A stretch of DNA of 64,000 nucleotides from Negaprion brevirostris (taxonomy: Eukaryota): positions 68,395,687-68,459,686 of the forward strand of contig JARDVH010000042.1 in NCBI GenBank assembly GCA_030324005.1, given 5' to 3'. Positions 61,748 to 64,000 of the stretch are shown here, piece after piece; within the stretch, counting starts at the first letter, position 1; each line of letters starts with the position of its first letter. Made by a program: the position numbers and the translations under genes. Below the pieces are notes generated by a model that did no database searches, had not been told where the DNA came from, and saw only the letters and a program-made list of their open reading frames with translations.

Positions 61748-62450
61748 TAAGACCGTAAGATGTAGGAGGAGAAGTAGGTCATTCTGCCCATCGAATCTGC
61801 TCCATCATTAAATGAGATCATGATTAATCTGCTCCACTTTTCTGCCTCATCCCCGTAACTCTTGATTCCCTTACTGATAAAAAATCTGTCCATCTCAGCC
61901 CCAAAGATACTTAGCAATCCAGCCTATACAGTTTTCTGTGGTAAATGATTTCACAGATTCATTACCCTCTGAGAGAAGAAATTTCTCGTCTGTTTTGAAT
62001 GCGTGAAACCTTGCTCTGAGATTATGCTCTCTGGCCCTCAACTCAACCGCAAGGGGAAATAACCTCTCAGCATCTACCCTCTGAAGCATCCTGAGAATCC
62101 TGTACATCTCAATAAGATCACCTCTCAGCCTTCTAAACTCTAATGAATACAGGCTCAACTTCTCCTCATAAGAAAACCCCTCCATACCCGAGATCAACCT
62201 ACTGAATCTTTAAGGACTGTCTCCAATGCCAGTATATCTTTCCTTAGATAAAGGGACCAAAACTGTTCATGTTATTCTAGGCTCTTATCTAATTAAGTAA
62301 TCTTTGTTGCGGCACCTTACTGAATGCTGTTTGGAAAAACAAGTATATTACATCTAGTGGTCCCTCTTTATCTATCCTGCCCATTAGTGCCTCAACAAAC
62401 TCTAATAAATTTGTTAGGCATGATTTCCCTTTCATGAAGCTATGCTCACA
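61748..62450 (-). mobile_element. CR1 LINE RT C-terminus and 3' UTR
   Basis: Minus-strand ORF GMEGFSYEEKLSLYSLEFRRLRGDLIEMYRILR. Confidence 0.85.
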
Positions 62451-62659
62451 TTTTAATCACTCCACCACATTGGCTATGCTTTCAATTGCATAGGCTCTAA
62501 TCCTGGAATTCATCCCCTAAACGTCCGCAGCTTTCTAACTCTTTTTCTCATTTAAGATGCTCCTTAAAACTTACCCCTTTAACCAAGAGTATAAAGCGAT
62601 AAATGGAAACAAAATACGAAGAAATAAAATAATTGTGCACAATGTAGGTGTACAGTATG

Positions 62660-62742
62660 TAGTCTCGCAACGCCAGGTTAAAGCCCAACAGGTTTATTTG
62701 GTAGCGTGAGTTTTCAGAGCGTTGCCCCTTCATCAGATGAGT
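62660..62742 (-). mobile_element. Penelope-like terminal fragment with a hammerhead-like core
   Basis: Minus strand CTGATGAAGGGGCAACGCTCTGAAAACTCACGCTACCAAATAAACCTGTTGG. Confidence 0.6.
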
Positions 62743-62789
62743 GTAGATGTAAGAAGTGCTGTTCCAGTTAAATAACATCCTATAGACTT

Positions 62790-63985
62790 AACTCACTAAG
62801 GTTCAAAAGGAGGTTGAAGCATGTTTTAAAATGATGTCATTGAAGTGAGTTGCAGCAAGTGAGCTCATGCATAGTGATGATACCTAAACCAGATGATACA
62901 AAACAATTGTATATTGACAATAGAAAAGTAAATGCAGTCACAAAGTCAGGTACATAATCTATTCCTCAATTGAAGACTATATTGAGAAGGTGGGACAAGC
63001 AAATTTCATTTCTAAACTTAATTTGCAAGAAGGATACTGACAAATACCTTTATCTGAAAGGACAAAGGAGATTTCAGCTTTTGTGACACCAAATGGTCTG
63101 CACTAAAGTTTAAAGTCTTGCCGTTTGGAAAGAAGAATGCACCAGAATGTTCTGAAGACTAACCAATAAGATCATTTCCAGACTAGCTAATTGTGCAGTG
63201 TACGTAGATGATATGGTGGTTTTCAGTCAGATGTGGAATGAGCATTTGGAGCAGTTAAAGAAATTGTTTGACTTCAGGAAGTGGGCTTTGTGCGGCTAAA
63301 TGTGAATTTGCAAAAGCCCAAGGTCTTGGGCCATACATACCCCAAGGTCTTAGGACATGGGCAGATGGTCCCACGGATTGTGAAAACAAAGGTTATCGGA
63401 GAGTTCCCGATACCAAAGACAAATAAGGAAGTACTGAGATCCCTGGGCATGAGTGGCTTCTCCAGGAAATTTGTGCCAAATTTGAGCAGTGTGTTTGTTC
63501 CACTGATTGAACTGCTGAAAATGTAGAGAAAGTTTCAGTGGATGTCTGAACCTTACAAGGCGTTTGACAACCTTAAGAACTGTTAACCACCCAACCGTCG
63601 TTCACGACACTGAATTATGCAAAAATATTCAAGGTGGCCATTGATATGGGTGTTAATGCTGAAGTGTTAGAAGAAGATGATGAAAGGATAGAAAGACTAT
63701 TTGGTTACATTACTAGAAAACCAAATAGTCATTGATGAAAATGTTTGGCCATTGAGAAGGAGATATTAATTTTGATGTTGGCATTTTAACATTTATGTTG
63801 CCAGCAATTCATCAGAAACTATTATTTACTCTGGCCATAATTCATTGAACTTTCTGGAGAAATTTCAAGATAAGAATGCAAGACTGTTTAGATGAAATTT
63901 ATTACTACAACCATTAGTTTAAAAATTATACATGTGGCAGGAAGGGAGAAGGTGTTTGCAAATGTTTTATCACAACTTTGATGAA
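62790..63985 (+). mobile_element. Degenerate Ty3/Gypsy RT-RNaseH fragment (second lineage)
   Basis: IEKVGQANFISK..QIPLSERTKEISAFVTPNGL, PFGKKNAP, YVDDMVVFS, LGMSGFSRKFVPN, AIEKE, HVAGREKVFANVLS. Confidence 0.85.
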
Positions 63986-64000
63986 AGACTGGAAACATCC

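Noticed and set aside
1-64000. CRISPR arrays, operons or prokaryotic defence systems
   Set aside because: The sequence is vertebrate intronic DNA with no regularly spaced repeats or prokaryote-like gene density

Overview
Eukaryotic, repeat-rich draft-assembly DNA with many N gaps, most likely a shark (elasmobranch) genome judging by its tRNA-derived SINE, CR1 and Deu-SINE content. The only intact host gene is the middle of a large + strand Groucho/TLE co-repressor gene, best matching TLE4. Four coding exons splice in frame: 28773-28956 (GP domain), a 17-nt micro-exon at 33057-33073, and 59801-59920 and 61016-61069 (CcN domain). The rest is intronic and holds a degenerate full-length Ty3/Gypsy element with paired LTRs (about 5.6-10.5 kb), a second Gypsy RT-RNaseH fragment, a candidate solo LTR, a decayed PIF/Harbinger transposase with many related TIR elements, CR1/L2 fragments, nested SINEs and a truncated SSNA1 retrocopy. 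The most notable observations are an 8-aa GP-domain deletion in this TLE4, unusual splice architecture around the micro-exon, fold-back elements carrying hammerhead-ribozyme-like cores, and the SSNA1 retrocopy nested in a CR1. Homology calls come from recalled sequences, not database searches, and repeat boundaries are approximate. No wholly new biological system can be demonstrated from the sequence alone.
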